A stretch of 64,000 nucleotides of DNA, from NCBI GenBank assembly GCA_964589975.1, contig CAZPVH010000001.1, positions 23,214 through 87,213 on the forward strand, written 5' to 3'. Within the stretch, counting starts at the first letter, position 1, and each line of letters opens with the position of its first letter. The translations under genes and the position numbers were made by a program. Shown here piece by piece: positions 63,228-64,000 of the stretch. The notes under the pieces were generated by a model. It made no database searches, was not told the origin of the DNA, and worked only from the letters and a program-made list of their open reading frames with translations. This stretch comes from an uncultured Candidatus Saccharibacteria bacterium (GTDB lineage Bacteria > Patescibacteriota > Minisyncoccia > Phycocordibacterales > CSBR16-119).

Positions 63228-64000
63228 ATGCATATAGATGACAAGATTCGCGTCGGCGTTCTCCGCGGCGGACTCGGACCTGAATATAATATATCTTTGG
63301 AAACCGGATCGTATGTCCTGACGCATTTGCCGCGTGAAAAATATCGCCCAGTCGATATATTGATTGACCGCGATGGTATTTGGCATCAGAATGGAGTAGC
63401 AATGAAACCGGACGCTCTGCTTGATCATGTGGACATTATTTTCAATGCGCTACATGGTATTGACGGAGAAGACGGCAGGATCCAGAAATTTTTGGAAGAA
63501 AAAGGGGTTCCCTTTATTGGATCAGACTCGCTTTCATCGGCTCTAACCGGATTTAAGCATGTGGCGAAAGATAGATTGAAAGCAATTGGCTACCAAACAC
63601 CAAAATATGCCGTTTTAAAGGGGCTCTTTATCCAGGCTAATGAAGCTGAACGTCTAAATCATATTCGCAGAAAGGCCATGGAAGTGTTCAAGAAAATGCC
63701 AGGACCTTGGATTGTTAAGCCAATTCTCGGTTCTGCCTCGACACACACGTATCTCGTAACAACTTTTGCCGAACTCGTTTCAATTCTTCAGCATATTTCT
63801 GAGTCGTTCAGTGAAATTTTGGTAGAGGAGTATGTTGAAGGAAAAGAAGTGGCATCGGCCATACTCGAAGGTTATCGAGGAGAGGATCATTACGTTATGC
63901 CGGTTCATGAAGTCGCGCGAAAGAATATTTCGGAAAACGAAGGACCAAAGTCTCTGGGTCTGCACAGGGTTTATGTTGTTGGTAATACTCTGGAGCACAA
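63228..64000 (+). CDS. ddl: D-alanine--D-alanine ligase-like protein (partial, runs off window)
   Basis: Hand translation MHIDDKIRVGVLRGGLGPEYNISLETG...FNALHGIDGEDG...GVPFIGSD...IVKP..GS; not in the ORF track because it has no stop in the window. Confidence 0.85.
   Translation, partial: MHIDDKIRVGVLRGGLGPEYNISLETGSYVLTHLPREKYRPVDILIDRDGIWHQNGVAMKPDALLDHVDIIFNALHGIDGEDGRIQKFLEEKGVPFIGSDSLSSALTGFKHVAKDRLKAIGYQTPKYAVLKGLFIQANEAERLNHIRRKAMEVFKKMPGPWIVKPILGSASTHTYLVTTFAELVSILQHISESFSEILVEEYVEGKEVASAILEGYRGEDHYVMPVHEVARKNISENEGPKSLGLHRVYVVGNTLEH

Noticed and set aside
1-64000. Alternative genetic code (TGA=Gly, as in Gracilibacteria/Absconditabacteria)
   Set aside because: Conserved genes are full length under code 11, and TGA terminates dnaE, udg and others at expected positions

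Overview
Gene-dense bacterial chromosome segment in the standard genetic code (TGA is used as stop). Gene content and protein style point to a Patescibacteria/CPR (Parcubacteria-like) genome; this is inference. Core genes: secA, dnaE, rnhB, gdhA, uppP, pyk, lexA-dinB, pyrH, tRNA-Asn, two ddl, hpf, fmt-def-hisS, lepB, pth, rpsA, a VirD4/HerA-like ATPase, an ECF sigma pair, udg, ychF, gyrA and uvrC. Four things stand out. (1) A ~276-bp element (53965-54241) with perfect 14-bp terminal inverted repeats and a target duplication encodes only a GIY-YIG nuclease; it sits in a host start codon and borrows the host promoter and ATG. (2) There are two expression architectures: about 20 resident genes look leaderless (-10 box 6-9 nt before ATG), whereas about 20 interspersed orphan genes are self-contained cassettes with a TTGACA/TATAAT-type promoter, an A/C-rich SD-less leader and a terminator. 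(3) Several cassette genes encode proteins formatted for Bacteroidota export (T9SS C-terminal domain, Gln at +1 after the signal peptide, lipobox, possible beta-barrel), alongside Bacteroidota-like pyrH, kelch/DUF4907 and VOC genes. This suggests a Bacteroidota host and possibly host-directed products. (4) A small ORF-lexA(UmuD-like)-dinB cassette has a palindromic operator in its promoter. All family calls come from motif recognition; no searches were run.
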